A DNA stretch of 63,605 nucleotides from an uncultured Ruminococcus sp. (GCA_964601235.1 CAZRMP010000001.1:1-63605); one strand, 5' to 3'; positions 35,388-45,767 are shown, numbered from the stretch's first letter. Numbers and translations are program-made. Notes: generated by a model not told the origin, from the letters alone.

Positions 35388-36689
35388 ATGAAATTTTTTA
35401 AGAACGAAGACATAAGCAAAAAAGGGCTTGCCGTAAGACTTGCGTGCCTTGTTTTAGCAATCCTTATGCTTCTTGCCTCCTGCGGTGAGGATACCGCAAC
35501 CGCTTCTAAAAAGAAGAAGAAGAAGGTAGTTGTAGTTAAAAAACCGGATTCTTCTAACACTGAATCTTCAGGCGACGATGACGATGATAATTTCGTTTAT
35601 GACGAGGACGACGAGGATGAGGAAGAAGAGGAAGAGGAAGAGGACAAGGACGAGGAAGAAGACGAGGGTGAAGACCTTAAAAAGGAACCTGACGTCGACC
35701 ATTCCGACCGCAGCTCTCATGTTCCCTCTCAATACAGCAATCTTGTTTTTGCAGAGGAATTTGAAGGCACTGCATTGAACCGCGATATTTGGACGATAGA
35801 AACAGCAGAAACAAGAACCGATACATATTGTGCAAACATCCCTGAATTGTTAGGCGTATATGACGGTGAGTTACACCTGACTACCCGCCGTTGGTTCGAC
35901 CCTTATGATGAGGAAATCAAGTATGCAACTCCTCCCGGCCTGCATACAACCAACGGTATGTGTTGGCGTTACGGCTATCTTGAGCTTTGCGCAAAGATAC
36001 CCCTTAACAGTGCCGTATGGTCTGCCTTCTGGATGTGTACGAGAGCGGAACATAAAGAAGATATCTACGATTATATGATAGAAATTGATATGATCGAGAC
36101 CTTCGGTAGCTATAACACCATAGTTCCGAACCTTCATAAGTGGTACTCACCCACAGGTAAGCAGAAGAACTTTGATAAGTGGAAAGATGTATATAACCTC
36201 AACACTATAGACGACTGCTCTTACCTCAAACACACTCAGAACGATTTCAGGTCGCCTTACAAGGTTCCGCATCCCGAAAACTTCAGCAACCAATACCACA
36301 CCTATGCCTTTGAGTGGACAGATACATATATGGCATGGTATTTTGACGGCGTTGAATATGACCGTTATGATTTCGCAACAAGATATGACTCTTTCTATTT
36401 TGATAAGGCTAAAAAGAGTGAAAACGGCACCGATATGTCGAACTTTGTTGCATCAAAACAGATGATGTGGTTTATTATCGGTAACGGCGCTATTTCTCCC
36501 CAGTCAACGGGAGATATCGGTACGGGCTTTGCTCCTGCTGATGCGGACTATCCTGCAGAAATGGCTGTGGATTGGATTAGAATTTACCACGATCCCAACC
36601 AAAAGGATAATCTTATTCAGGTCGGCAGTGAGCAGGTTACCAACAAGAGAATAATTTTACCTGACGGAACCGGTAAATCTGAATTTTAA
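35388..36689 (+). CDS. GH16 lipoprotein with a highly charged low-complexity linker
   Basis: ATG 35388 (RBS GAAAGGTG). Lipobox LLASC. K6-V4-KK followed by a D/E-rich tract. GH16 motifs WRYGYLELCAK, WSAFWM, EIDMIE. Confidence 0.85.
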   Translation: MKFFKNEDISKKGLAVRLACLVLAILMLLASCGEDTATASKKKKKKVVVVKKPDSSNTESSGDDDDDNFVYDEDDEDEEEEEEEEDKDEEEDEGEDLKKEPDVDHSDRSSHVPSQYSNLVFAEEFEGTALNRDIWTIETAETRTDTYCANIPELLGVYDGELHLTTRRWFDPYDEEIKYATPPGLHTTNGMCWRYGYLELCAKIPLNSAVWSAFWMCTRAEHKEDIYDYMIEIDMIETFGSYNTIVPNLHKWYSPTGKQKNFDKWKDVYNLNTIDDCSYLKHTQNDFRSPYKVPHPENFSNQYHTYAFEWTDTYMAWYFDGVEYDRYDFATRYDSFYFDKAKKSENGTDMSNFVASKQMMWFIIGNGAISPQSTGDIGTGFAPADADYPAEMAVDWIRIYHDPNQKDNLIQVGSEQVTNKRIILPDGTGKSEF

Positions 36690-36707
36690 TTTCTCAAGGA
36701 GGAACGT

Positions 36708-39506
36708 ATGAAGATTAAACGAAATCTACAACTCATACTGTCGGTACTGGCGGCTGTTTGTATGACGGCTCAGGTGGGCGCCATCGCTGCTCCTGTCGCT
36801 TATTCCGAATACAAAACAGGCAACGCAGAGATATCCACGGTCAGCGATGGAGTAAGAATTAAAGGTTCTGATTTTTCTGCCTGCACCGATAGCGCGCTTA
36901 GGGCCGAAGGTGACGGTTCAATAATTCTTGGCGCCGATGAAGCGGTTGATTATAATTTCAGCGTTCCTTCCGACTCCATATATAATATTTACCTTTCTTA
37001 TGCCGCTATTGAAGATAACAAGTCGAATCTTAATATCGGAATTAAGCTTGACGGAGAATATCCCTTTGAAGAGGCGGGCAGTCTCTCTTTCCCGACTGCT
37101 TGGAACAATGAAACCAATGATTTCGCGGAGGACGATAAGGGAAATCAGCTTACTCCTAAGCAGGTTATGGTTGACGGCTTCTTTACATATCCCGCATATG
37201 ATGATACCGGCGTTGAAATAAAACCATATGAGTTTTTCATTTCCGCCGGAGCTCACACTGTTTCTCTCACGGCGATAGGCGACGGTGTTAAGCTTAACAC
37301 AGTAATGATTGCCCCGGTGAGAAGAGAGACTTCATATGAGGACTACATAAAGAATTATGACACCAAAGCTGCCAACGGCGCTGAGACGGTGGTTTTACAG
37401 GCAGAAAAATCTGTAAACAAGACCTCTTTCGCTCTTATTCCGAAATCGGATACTCTCAACAACGATGTTAAGCCCGCCGACCCCAAGAGAATTATGCTTA
37501 ACTATATGGGAGGCACCTCTTGGCAAACCCCCGGCGAGCAGATTTCCTGGAGCTTTAATGCCGAAAAAGACGGACTTTACAAGTTTGTTTTCCACTATAA
37601 ACAGAGCGACAACATCAACCGTCCTTCTTACAGGCATTTGATGGTTGACGGTAATACACCCTTCTCTGAAGCCCGCGAGCTTAAATTTGATTATACCACA
37701 GGCTGGAAAACCTATGAGTTGGGCGACGGTGAGGAGCCTTATTATGTGTGGCTTGCCAAGGGTGAGCACACCCTCACATTGGCGGCAACCCTCGGTTCAA
37801 ATACCGCCGATTATTACAACAGATTAAGCGAGATATGTAATAATCTTAACTCGATATATCTTAACATCATTAAGATTACCGGAACATCGCCTGACCTTAA
37901 CCGCGATTATGAGCTCTTTACACAGATTCCCGACTTAGAGGAAGCTTTGACTCAAAACCGCGACCTGCTTGAAAAGCTTAATAACGACATAACCGAAGAC
38001 AGCGGCGGCGATACAAACGAACTTTCTGCAGCGCTTGACAATATGCTTCTTGTTATTGATAAGATGCTTAAGTCGCCCTACTCCGCTCATCAGTATGTTA
38101 CAAACTTCTATTCCAACTTCAGCTCTGCAAGTACCTGGCTGCAGGATATGAAGAAGATGCCCTTGGCTCTTGACTATGTGGCGGTAGTACCCTCCGATTC
38201 GGATTATGAAGGTGACTCCTCCTTCTTTGGGGGACTTAAGTTCAGATTCCTTCGTCTTTTGGCTTCCTTCTCTTCGGAATATGATTCCGGATACGAGAAA
38301 GACGATGAAAACACAATCACGATTTGGACAGGTTTGGGACGCGATCAGGCCAACGCAATCGATACCTTAATCAAGCAGGACTTCACACCGAAAACAGGTG
38401 TAAAGGTTAATTTGAAAATCGTTCAGGCTACTCTTATCAACGGTCTTTTGGCGGATGACGTGCCGGATGTTATGCTTAATATGCCCCGTACACAGCCGGT
38501 TAACTACGGCGTAAGAAACGCCCTATACGATTTGAGGCAATTTGACGATTACGACGAGGTTATGAAGCGTTTCCAGGATGGTGCAGATATTCCTTATACC
38601 TATAAGGGAAAGACATACGCAATCCCCACCTCTCAGACCTTCAATGTTATGTTCTACAGAACAGATATACTTGAAAAGCTCAATATTTCCGTTCCTCAGA
38701 CATGGTCCGAGTTTATGGACGCTTCGGTTACAATCCAGCGAAACAATATGGAAGTCTTCATTCCGTACGCATCCGCTTTAGCGGGTAATGCGGGTATAGG
38801 CAGTACAGGTCTTTACCCCACACTTATGCTGCAGAAGGGTCTCTCCTTCTACAACGATGAGGGAACGGCTACTGCTATTAATACTCCCGCATCAATAAGC
38901 GTTTTTGACAACTGGATTAAAATGTATACCAATTATAAGATACAGAAATCCGCTGATTTCTACAACCGTTTCAGAATGGGTATTATGCCCCTTGGCGTTG
39001 CAGGGTACGCAACATATTTTAACTTTGTTCAGATGGCACCTGAAATTCAGGGTCAATACTCAATGGCTCTTGTTCCCGCTGATGATGAAACGGGCAGCAG
39101 AGCGGTGGCAGTAGACGGCGGCGCTTGCGCCATCGTAAAGAAAACCAATAATCCCGAGGCTGCTTGGGAGTTCCTTAAATGGTATACCTCTACCGATGTT
39201 GTTATCGAATATTCAAGGCGTGTTGAGTCTATTCAGGGCTTGGTCGGACGAATCCAGACCTCTAATGTTGAGGCTCTTAACAAAATGGATTGGAACGATG
39301 AGCAGTTAGCGGTAATCAACGAACAGTGGAAGCTTGCTAAGGAAATTCCCGAGGTTCCCGGAAGCTATTATTTATTACGCGCGGTTGATCAGGCTTATTG
39401 GTCGGTTATCAACGGAAAACAGAATTCTAAGGACGCTATGGCGTACTGGTCTGCGTCGGCAGATGCGGAAATAGAGCGCAAGTATCTTGAATTCGCAAAT
39501 AATTGA
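36708..39506 (+). CDS. 932-aa extracellular solute-binding protein fused to two N-terminal CBM6/35-like modules
   Basis: RBS AAGGAGG and a signal peptide. Two beta-sandwich-like modules (VDYNFSVPSDSIYNIYLSYA...AGAHTVSL and ISWSFNAEKDGLYKFVFHYK...GEHTLTL). The C-terminal ~430 aa match a family-1 sugar SBP (ITIWTGLG...GVKVNL...YAIP...FYRTD). Confidence 0.75.
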   Translation: MKIKRNLQLILSVLAAVCMTAQVGAIAAPVAYSEYKTGNAEISTVSDGVRIKGSDFSACTDSALRAEGDGSIILGADEAVDYNFSVPSDSIYNIYLSYAAIEDNKSNLNIGIKLDGEYPFEEAGSLSFPTAWNNETNDFAEDDKGNQLTPKQVMVDGFFTYPAYDDTGVEIKPYEFFISAGAHTVSLTAIGDGVKLNTVMIAPVRRETSYEDYIKNYDTKAANGAETVVLQAEKSVNKTSFALIPKSDTLNNDVKPADPKRIMLNYMGGTSWQTPGEQISWSFNAEKDGLYKFVFHYKQSDNINRPSYRHLMVDGNTPFSEARELKFDYTTGWKTYELGDGEEPYYVWLAKGEHTLTLAATLGSNTADYYNRLSEICNNLNSIYLNIIKITGTSPDLNRDYELFTQIPDLEEALTQNRDLLEKLNNDITEDSGGDTNELSAALDNMLLVIDKMLKSPYSAHQYVTNFYSNFSSASTWLQDMKKMPLALDYVAVVPSDSDYEGDSSFFGGLKFRFLRLLASFSSEYDSGYEKDDENTITIWTGLGRDQANAIDTLIKQDFTPKTGVKVNLKIVQATLINGLLADDVPDVMLNMPRTQPVNYGVRNALYDLRQFDDYDEVMKRFQDGADIPYTYKGKTYAIPTSQTFNVMFYRTDILEKLNISVPQTWSEFMDASVTIQRNNMEVFIPYASALAGNAGIGSTGLYPTLMLQKGLSFYNDEGTATAINTPASISVFDNWIKMYTNYKIQKSADFYNRFRMGIMPLGVAGYATYFNFVQMAPEIQGQYSMALVPADDETGSRAVAVDGGACAIVKKTNNPEAAWEFLKWYTSTDVVIEYSRRVESIQGLVGRIQTSNVEALNKMDWNDEQLAVINEQWKLAKEIPEVPGSYYLLRAVDQAYWSVINGKQNSKDAMAYWSASADAEIERKYLEFANN

Positions 39507-39519
39507 GGAGAAATCGGTA

Positions 39520-40434
39520 ATGAGAGAAAAATCTTTAAAAAAGAAAAGCCGAAAATGGTCTTTTGCTGAACAATGGCCGATGATTTTAATGGTTATACCG
39601 TTTATGGTTGTCTTTGCAACGATGGTAATCATTCCGATAATAGCTTCAATTGTTCTTAGCTTCACCAACTTCGATGCAATCCAGCTTCCGAAGTTTGTAG
39701 GTTTTGACAACTATATGCGTATGTTCGTTTCCGACGATGTATTTCCGATTGTGTTTAAAAACACACTCGTAATTGCGATTGTCGTAGGACCTATAGGCTT
39801 TTTAATGTCATTTGTTTTGGCGTGGTTCGTAAATGAGTTCTCTTCAGGGCTCAGAACAGTTTTATCCTTCATGTTCTATGCGCCGTCACTCGTAGGTAAC
39901 GCTTACTTCGTTTGGCAGGTACTTTTCAGCGGCGACGCTTACGGATATATCAACAACCTACTCCTGTCCATAGGTATTATTACCGAGCCTATCCAATGGC
40001 TGAAAACGTCTGAATACATACTTGTAATTGTAATTATCGTTCAGGTTTGGCAGAGTATGGGTGTTTCCTTCCTCTCGAATATATCAGGTCTGCAAAATAT
40101 AAGCCGAGATATTTACGAGGCGGGCGCTATAGACGGTATAAAGAACCGTTGGCAGGAGCTGAGATACATAACCCTGCCCTCAATGTCGAGTATGTTGCTG
40201 TTCTCGGCTGTTATGCAGATATCCGGCGCCTTCTCAGTAAGCGCTGTTGCACAGGCACTGGCAGGCTATCCGTCGGTTGAGTACGCTGTTGATACGATAG
40301 TATCTTATATGACGGATGTCGGCGGTACAAGATTTGAAATGGGCTATGCTTCGGCAATTTCGGTAGTTCTGCTGTTAATGATGGTCATTTTCAGGACTAT
40401 TGTCGGAAAATTGCTGAAACTTGTTACTAAGTAG
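39520..40434 (+). CDS. Sugar ABC transporter permease (LplB/MalF-like)
   Basis: Start at ATG 39520 (RBS GAGGAG). Six TM helices. EAA loop IYEAGAIDGIKNRWQELRYITLP. Confidence 0.85.
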   Translation: MREKSLKKKSRKWSFAEQWPMILMVIPFMVVFATMVIIPIIASIVLSFTNFDAIQLPKFVGFDNYMRMFVSDDVFPIVFKNTLVIAIVVGPIGFLMSFVLAWFVNEFSSGLRTVLSFMFYAPSLVGNAYFVWQVLFSGDAYGYINNLLLSIGIITEPIQWLKTSEYILVIVIIVQVWQSMGVSFLSNISGLQNISRDIYEAGAIDGIKNRWQELRYITLPSMSSMLLFSAVMQISGAFSVSAVAQALAGYPSVEYAVDTIVSYMTDVGGTRFEMGYASAISVVLLLMMVIFRTIVGKLLKLVTK

Positions 40435-40446
40435 GAGTGTGTGAAA

Positions 40447-41382
40447 ATGGAAAATGTTAAAATTGCTCAGACTTCTACTCCTGTTGCAGGCAAGAAGAAA
40501 AAATTTCACTTCCGCAAGCCCAGTAAAAAGCAGTTCAGCAAAAGATTTACAAGGTCAAGAGCAGGTAATGTATTTTATTTCCTATTCTTAACATTAGCAG
40601 GACTTTTCTGCCTTTTGCCGCTCATATATTCAGTTGTCACATCCTTTAAGCCTCTTGACGAAATAATGATTTTCCCACCGAGATTTTTCGTTAAAAGACC
40701 TACTATCGGTAACTACATTGCGTTACCTGAGTTGCTTTCGGGCTTAGAGGTCTCGATTGACAGATATATTTTCAACAGTATCTTTACAGGCATTATTGCA
40801 ACCTTCCTCTTTGTCGCGCTTTCTTCTATGGCGGCGTTCTCCCTCTCTAAGGGTAAGTACGGTGGAAGAAATACAATGTTTAATGTCGTTCAGTACGCAT
40901 TGCTTTTCAACGGCTACACATTGGCTTTGCCACAGTACATTATATTAACTAAGCTGCATGTAGTTGATACATACTGGGCTTTCATCCTACCTCATATGGC
41001 TTCAACCTTGGGTATATTCCTTATGAAGCAGTATATTGACGGATATGTTCCCGAAACATATATTGAGGCAGGAAAAATCGACGGTGCTTCATATTTCAGA
41101 ATTTTCTGGAAGATTGTTATTCCGATTATCCGCCCCGCGATGCTTACATTAATACTGTTTGGCTTCCGCGAGGTATGGGCGTATGCACCGGGAACAACGG
41201 TATACACCGAAACAATCAAAACTTTGCCTATGATAACGACCCAGGTTACAAGTGCCGGTGTTGCCCGTACGGGTAGCTCGATGGCATTAACGGTAATAAT
41301 GATGATTCCGCCTATAGTTATTTATATGGCTACTCAAAGCGGTGTTACGGAAACAATGAGCAGTGCAGGTATTAAGGAGTAG
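40447..41382 (+). CDS. Sugar ABC transporter permease (LplC/MalG-like)
   Basis: ATG 40447 sits 9 nt after AGGAG. EAA loop IEAGKIDGASYFRIFWKIVIPI. Confidence 0.85.
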   Translation: MENVKIAQTSTPVAGKKKKFHFRKPSKKQFSKRFTRSRAGNVFYFLFLTLAGLFCLLPLIYSVVTSFKPLDEIMIFPPRFFVKRPTIGNYIALPELLSGLEVSIDRYIFNSIFTGIIATFLFVALSSMAAFSLSKGKYGGRNTMFNVVQYALLFNGYTLALPQYIILTKLHVVDTYWAFILPHMASTLGIFLMKQYIDGYVPETYIEAGKIDGASYFRIFWKIVIPIIRPAMLTLILFGFREVWAYAPGTTVYTETIKTLPMITTQVTSAGVARTGSSMALTVIMMIPPIVIYMATQSGVTETMSSAGIKE

Positions 41383-41390
41383 TGTTTATT

Positions 41391-43514
41391 ATGTACAAAA
41401 CAAAATTTAAATGCATAAAACGCTTTCTGGTTTGTTCTCTTGTCGTTCTTTTGATTGCATCAATGGCGGCTGTATCTGTCTCTGCGGCGCAGGTTCCGAT
41501 TGACGCTTATAACTATTGGACAGATACTAAGGGTGACGGCAGTAAAAAATCTGTTTACTCAAGGCTTGCGTTCGAAGCGGAAAGCGTTATAGACGCTCAG
41601 TCCTTGAATGTACCTTACTATAACGAGATTTCTGATTTTTGTGTTGATAACGGCAACATTTATATTCTTGACGGAAATGATTCAAGAATTACGATTGTTG
41701 ACGCCGGTTACAATGTAATCAAAGATGTTTATGATGTCAATTATAACGGCGAAGCCTTGAATTATAAGGGAGCCAGCGGCATATTTGCCAAAAACGGCAA
41801 GATATATATATGTGATACGGAAAATGAACGGGTTTTGGTTATGGATGAGAGCTGTAATGTTATCACTGTAATCAAACGGCCTACTTCATCTATTATTCCG
41901 GATGACTTTCATTACCGTCCGATAAAATTAACAGCAGATTCACAAGGTTATCTGTATATCTTAATAGAAGGTTCTTTCTACGGAGCGATGCTGTTTACAC
42001 CTTCCTATGAGTTTGTTGAATTTTTCGGTTCTAACGATGTTGTCAACAGTCTTTCAACTGTTTTCTCTAATATTATCTCGCGTGTTTTCCCGAATAATGA
42101 CAAAAAGGCGGCAAGCGTAAAGACCCTGCCCTTCAGTATTGTTGATTTGTGTATGATAGAGGATGACTTCGTATACACAGTTACGGGCAGAACAGATTAT
42201 GTGTCTCAAAAAGGGCAGATCCGTAAGCTGTTTATCGGAACCGGAAGCAATATCTTAGAATACACAGGGAATTTTGTCGATCAAGGTATAAACAACTCGC
42301 GACTCGGCGGCAAAAACATGCTTCAGGACTTATGCAGTATCGATGTTGACGAAAGCGGATTTATATACGCGCTCGATTCAAAGTACGGAAGAATTTTCGT
42401 TTACGATACTACAGGAAGGCTGATTACAACCTTCGGCGGCGGTTTGGACTACGGCGAGCAGGCAGGAACATTTAAAGCGGCAAAGACACTGGCCCTTAAC
42501 GGCGACAGGCTGCTTGTTCTTGACACCTTTAAGAACACTATCACCGTTTTCAAGCACAATGAGTATTTCAACCTTATCAAGCAGGCACAGCTGCTTACCT
42601 TGGAAGGTGACTATACTGCCTCTGAAGGACTTTGGAGACAGGTATTGGCTCAGGACAGTAACTGCCAGATAGCCTATGCAGGCTTGGCCCGCGCGGAATA
42701 TGCGGCAGGCAATTATGAACTTGCAGAAGAATATGCCCGCAAGGGTTATGACAGGGATACATACTCCTTAGCCTTCAAAGTATTAAGAACACAGTTTATT
42801 ACCAAATATTTCTGGATAGTAATGATAGTCGCTATCCTTGTGATAGTTGCACTTTTTGTATTGCTTAAGATTAAGAACCGCAAGGGCATAAAGCTTGTAA
42901 AGAATCCAAAGGTTCGACTGGCTATGTCGGTATTGATGCATCCGATTGATACCTTTAATACAATTAAGGAAAAGCGGATGACCTCTGTTACAATAAGCTT
43001 TGTTCTGCTGTTAATATTCTATGTGACAGCGGTTCTCAAGGTGCTCTGCGGCGGTTTTGCTTTTACCTATTATGATCCGTCAAGCTTCAACTCGATTTGG
43101 GTATTGGTTAAGAGCGCAGGCGCAGTTATCCTGTGGATTGCAGCAAACTGGCTTGTATGCTCGCTTATGAGCGGTAACGGCAGAATTACCGAGATAATCA
43201 CGGTTACCTGCTACAGCTTGATTCCGTTGATAATCAACCAAATCATTCAGATCATCTTCACCAATGTCCTCTTGGTTGACGAGGCGGCATTCCTCTCGAT
43301 TATAAGTATGGTTGCGACTATCCTGTTCGTATTTATGCTTGCAACGGGAACTATGATTATTCACGAATACGGGTTCGGCAAATTTGTGGGAACATCGGTT
43401 ATAAGCGTAATCGGAATGGCGATTATAGTATTCCTGATATTCATGGTAGTTATGTTGGTACAGCAGCTCTTCGGATTTATTTCCACTATAATACTGGAAA
43501 TAGCTACGTTTTGA
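41391..43514 (+). CDS. Signal peptide + NHL-repeat beta-propeller + TPR-like segment + C-terminal Yip1-type polytopic membrane domain
   Basis: ATG 41391 (RBS AAGGAG). Repeated Y(I/L).D..N.RI.V.D blades (IYILDGNDSRITIVD, IYICDTENERVLVMD, IYALDSKYGRIFVYD, LLVLDTFKNTITVF). About 6 hydrophobic helices in the last 250 aa. Confidence 0.7.
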   Translation: MYKTKFKCIKRFLVCSLVVLLIASMAAVSVSAAQVPIDAYNYWTDTKGDGSKKSVYSRLAFEAESVIDAQSLNVPYYNEISDFCVDNGNIYILDGNDSRITIVDAGYNVIKDVYDVNYNGEALNYKGASGIFAKNGKIYICDTENERVLVMDESCNVITVIKRPTSSIIPDDFHYRPIKLTADSQGYLYILIEGSFYGAMLFTPSYEFVEFFGSNDVVNSLSTVFSNIISRVFPNNDKKAASVKTLPFSIVDLCMIEDDFVYTVTGRTDYVSQKGQIRKLFIGTGSNILEYTGNFVDQGINNSRLGGKNMLQDLCSIDVDESGFIYALDSKYGRIFVYDTTGRLITTFGGGLDYGEQAGTFKAAKTLALNGDRLLVLDTFKNTITVFKHNEYFNLIKQAQLLTLEGDYTASEGLWRQVLAQDSNCQIAYAGLARAEYAAGNYELAEEYARKGYDRDTYSLAFKVLRTQFITKYFWIVMIVAILVIVALFVLLKIKNRKGIKLVKNPKVRLAMSVLMHPIDTFNTIKEKRMTSVTISFVLLLIFYVTAVLKVLCGGFAFTYYDPSSFNSIWVLVKSAGAVILWIAANWLVCSLMSGNGRITEIITVTCYSLIPLIINQIIQIIFTNVLLVDEAAFLSIISMVATILFVFMLATGTMIIHEYGFGKFVGTSVISVIGMAIIVFLIFMVVMLVQQLFGFISTIILEIATF

Positions 43515-43529
43515 TGAAAGGGTGTAAAA

Positions 43530-45767
43530 ATGATAGTTTCAAGAAAAAATATAATCAGAATATTTACACTCGTTGTTGCGGCGGTAATTGTATTTGCAGG
43601 ATGCGGCGCAGACAATCAAACCGCACAGAAATTAGGAAAATATGAATCCCCCGGAGCATCCGAAGATATTAACGGTATTGTAGCCGAAAACGATAAATAT
43701 CAGTTGCTTTGGGACGATGCTGAAAAGAAAGTGTCTGTTTACGATAAGAGTGACGGTTCTGTTTTTTCTACAACAAGGCACGAGGAAAGCACCGAGCTTG
43801 ATGCATTTGGCTTGCCGAAGCCGCAGGATTCACGAATGATATCCGATATCATTGTTGAATATACCGACCCATCGGAATCTAATACTAATAATGTTCTTTA
43901 TTCAAGCGTTGAAGCTGTTGATGGGGGAACCGTAACATGCGAAGCAATAGATAACGGTATAAGGGTTACATTCTATTTTGAAACCGCCCAAATATCTGTT
44001 CCTGTTGACTATGTGCTTACAGAGGAAGGTTTTTCGGTTTCTGTCGATCCGACCAAGATTAAAGAGGCTGAGTATAAAACTGTTTCTATCGGAATAGCTC
44101 CCTTTGCATGTTCCTGCAAAAACGATGCGGAGGATGCGTATCTGTTTGTTCCGTCAGGTTCGGGTGCACTTATCTATCCGAATAATATTTCAACTAACGG
44201 CGGCGTATATTCACAGGTTGTTTACGGTTCAGACCCGTTAGAGGCGGTTTGGGAAAAGGATTTCAACGAGCAAAATATAAAGCTCCCTGTTTACGGAGTT
44301 AAGGACGGAAATAACGCATTATTCGCTATTATCAGCTCAGGCGATGATTCGGTATCAATCGAATCAATCTACGGCTCTTCTACACTCGGAGCTTCTACAG
44401 TTTACTCTACCTTCAATATTCGCGGTAAGGTAGAAATCCGTAAAAAGCTGTACGGTTCCAGAACATTCCAAATTGTCCAGTACAGTAATGATGTAATAGA
44501 GACCCCCTGCAAGGTGGATTTCTACATTCTAAAGGGCAACGAAGCAAATTACTCGGGCATGGCAAAGGTTTTCAGGGAGAAAGCGCTGAAAGAAATCGAA
44601 GCGACCACGAATTCCGAAATGAACCTTGTAATTTACGGCGGTGCAATTGTTGATAAATCATTCCTTGGAGTTCCCTACCAGTCGGTGTTCGCTACTACAA
44701 CTGTTGAAGAAGCGTACAAAATGGTAAAGGAATTAAAGGAGGAAACGGGAGCATCCATCTCGGTTATGCTTAAAGGCTTCGGCAAATCCGGTGTAGATAT
44801 CGGTGAAATCGGCGGAGGTTATAAGCTGAGCGGAGCTATCGGCAGTAAGTCCGACCTTAATGATTTAGGTGCATATTGCAAAGAAAATAATATTGGAATT
44901 TATTTTGATTTCGATGTAATTCGTCAATCGGCAAGCGGACTCTTCTCGTCCGGCAACGCGGCAAAGGCTATCGACCAACAAACAGAATATCAGTACTTGT
45001 TTGATAAAGCGGTTAACTCAAGAATTACGGACACGCAATTCTCACTGATATCGAGAAGCTCTTTGACAGGTGCTGCCGATAAGATTATTTCTAAAACGGC
45101 TAAATGGGGTATTGACGGAGTTGCGTTAGATACACTTTCAAATATTTCTTATTCGGATTACGGCGCTCCAAACTATCATGCAAGAAGCCAAATGAGCTCG
45201 GATGTAAAGGGAATTTTCGCTGCTCTTAAGGATTCCGGCAAAAAAGTTGCTTCTGTTTCGGCTAACTATTATGCCGCAAACAGTTCCGATATTATATTTG
45301 AAACGCCGTCAACATCAAATAAGAGCGATGCATTCTCGGTGGATGTTCCGTTTTATCAGATGGTTTTCAAGGGTAAAGTTAATATCGGCTGCGAATCGGT
45401 CAACCTTACCTTTGATGAAAGAGATGCGGTTCTAAAGTCCGTAGAGAGCGGCGCAGGCGTTACATATGCGCTTTATAATAATTATGATACCTCTTTAACA
45501 GATTCGTATAATCCCATTTTTGCGACAGGAACATACGATGCGATTAAGCAGGGTATGGTTGATGAGGTTAAAGCTCTCAAGGGATATTATGACTCTATTG
45601 AAGATACTTCTATAAGGGAACATACCCTTATAAGTAACGATGTCCGCAAAACGGTGTTTGAGAACGGAACCGTTGCCTATGTTAACTACTCCGATAATGA
45701 TTATACAGGTGATTTCGGAACGGTTGCGGCGCACGGTTATCTAACCGTTCCGGCTGCCGCCGAATAG
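43530..45767 (+). CDS. 745-aa lipoprotein of unknown function (possibly DUF5696-like, with a TIM-barrel GH-like C-terminal half)
   Basis: RBS AAAGGGTG. Lipobox VFAGC. No catalytic motif assignable. GIDGVALDTL and alternating beta/alpha-like segments suggest a glycosidase-like barrel. The DUF assignment is from memory only. Confidence 0.55.
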   Translation: MIVSRKNIIRIFTLVVAAVIVFAGCGADNQTAQKLGKYESPGASEDINGIVAENDKYQLLWDDAEKKVSVYDKSDGSVFSTTRHEESTELDAFGLPKPQDSRMISDIIVEYTDPSESNTNNVLYSSVEAVDGGTVTCEAIDNGIRVTFYFETAQISVPVDYVLTEEGFSVSVDPTKIKEAEYKTVSIGIAPFACSCKNDAEDAYLFVPSGSGALIYPNNISTNGGVYSQVVYGSDPLEAVWEKDFNEQNIKLPVYGVKDGNNALFAIISSGDDSVSIESIYGSSTLGASTVYSTFNIRGKVEIRKKLYGSRTFQIVQYSNDVIETPCKVDFYILKGNEANYSGMAKVFREKALKEIEATTNSEMNLVIYGGAIVDKSFLGVPYQSVFATTTVEEAYKMVKELKEETGASISVMLKGFGKSGVDIGEIGGGYKLSGAIGSKSDLNDLGAYCKENNIGIYFDFDVIRQSASGLFSSGNAAKAIDQQTEYQYLFDKAVNSRITDTQFSLISRSSLTGAADKIISKTAKWGIDGVALDTLSNISYSDYGAPNYHARSQMSSDVKGIFAALKDSGKKVASVSANYYAANSSDIIFETPSTSNKSDAFSVDVPFYQMVFKGKVNIGCESVNLTFDERDAVLKSVESGAGVTYALYNNYDTSLTDSYNPIFATGTYDAIKQGMVDEVKALKGYYDSIEDTSIREHTLISNDVRKTVFENGTVAYVNYSDNDYTGDFGTVAAHGYLTVPAAAE

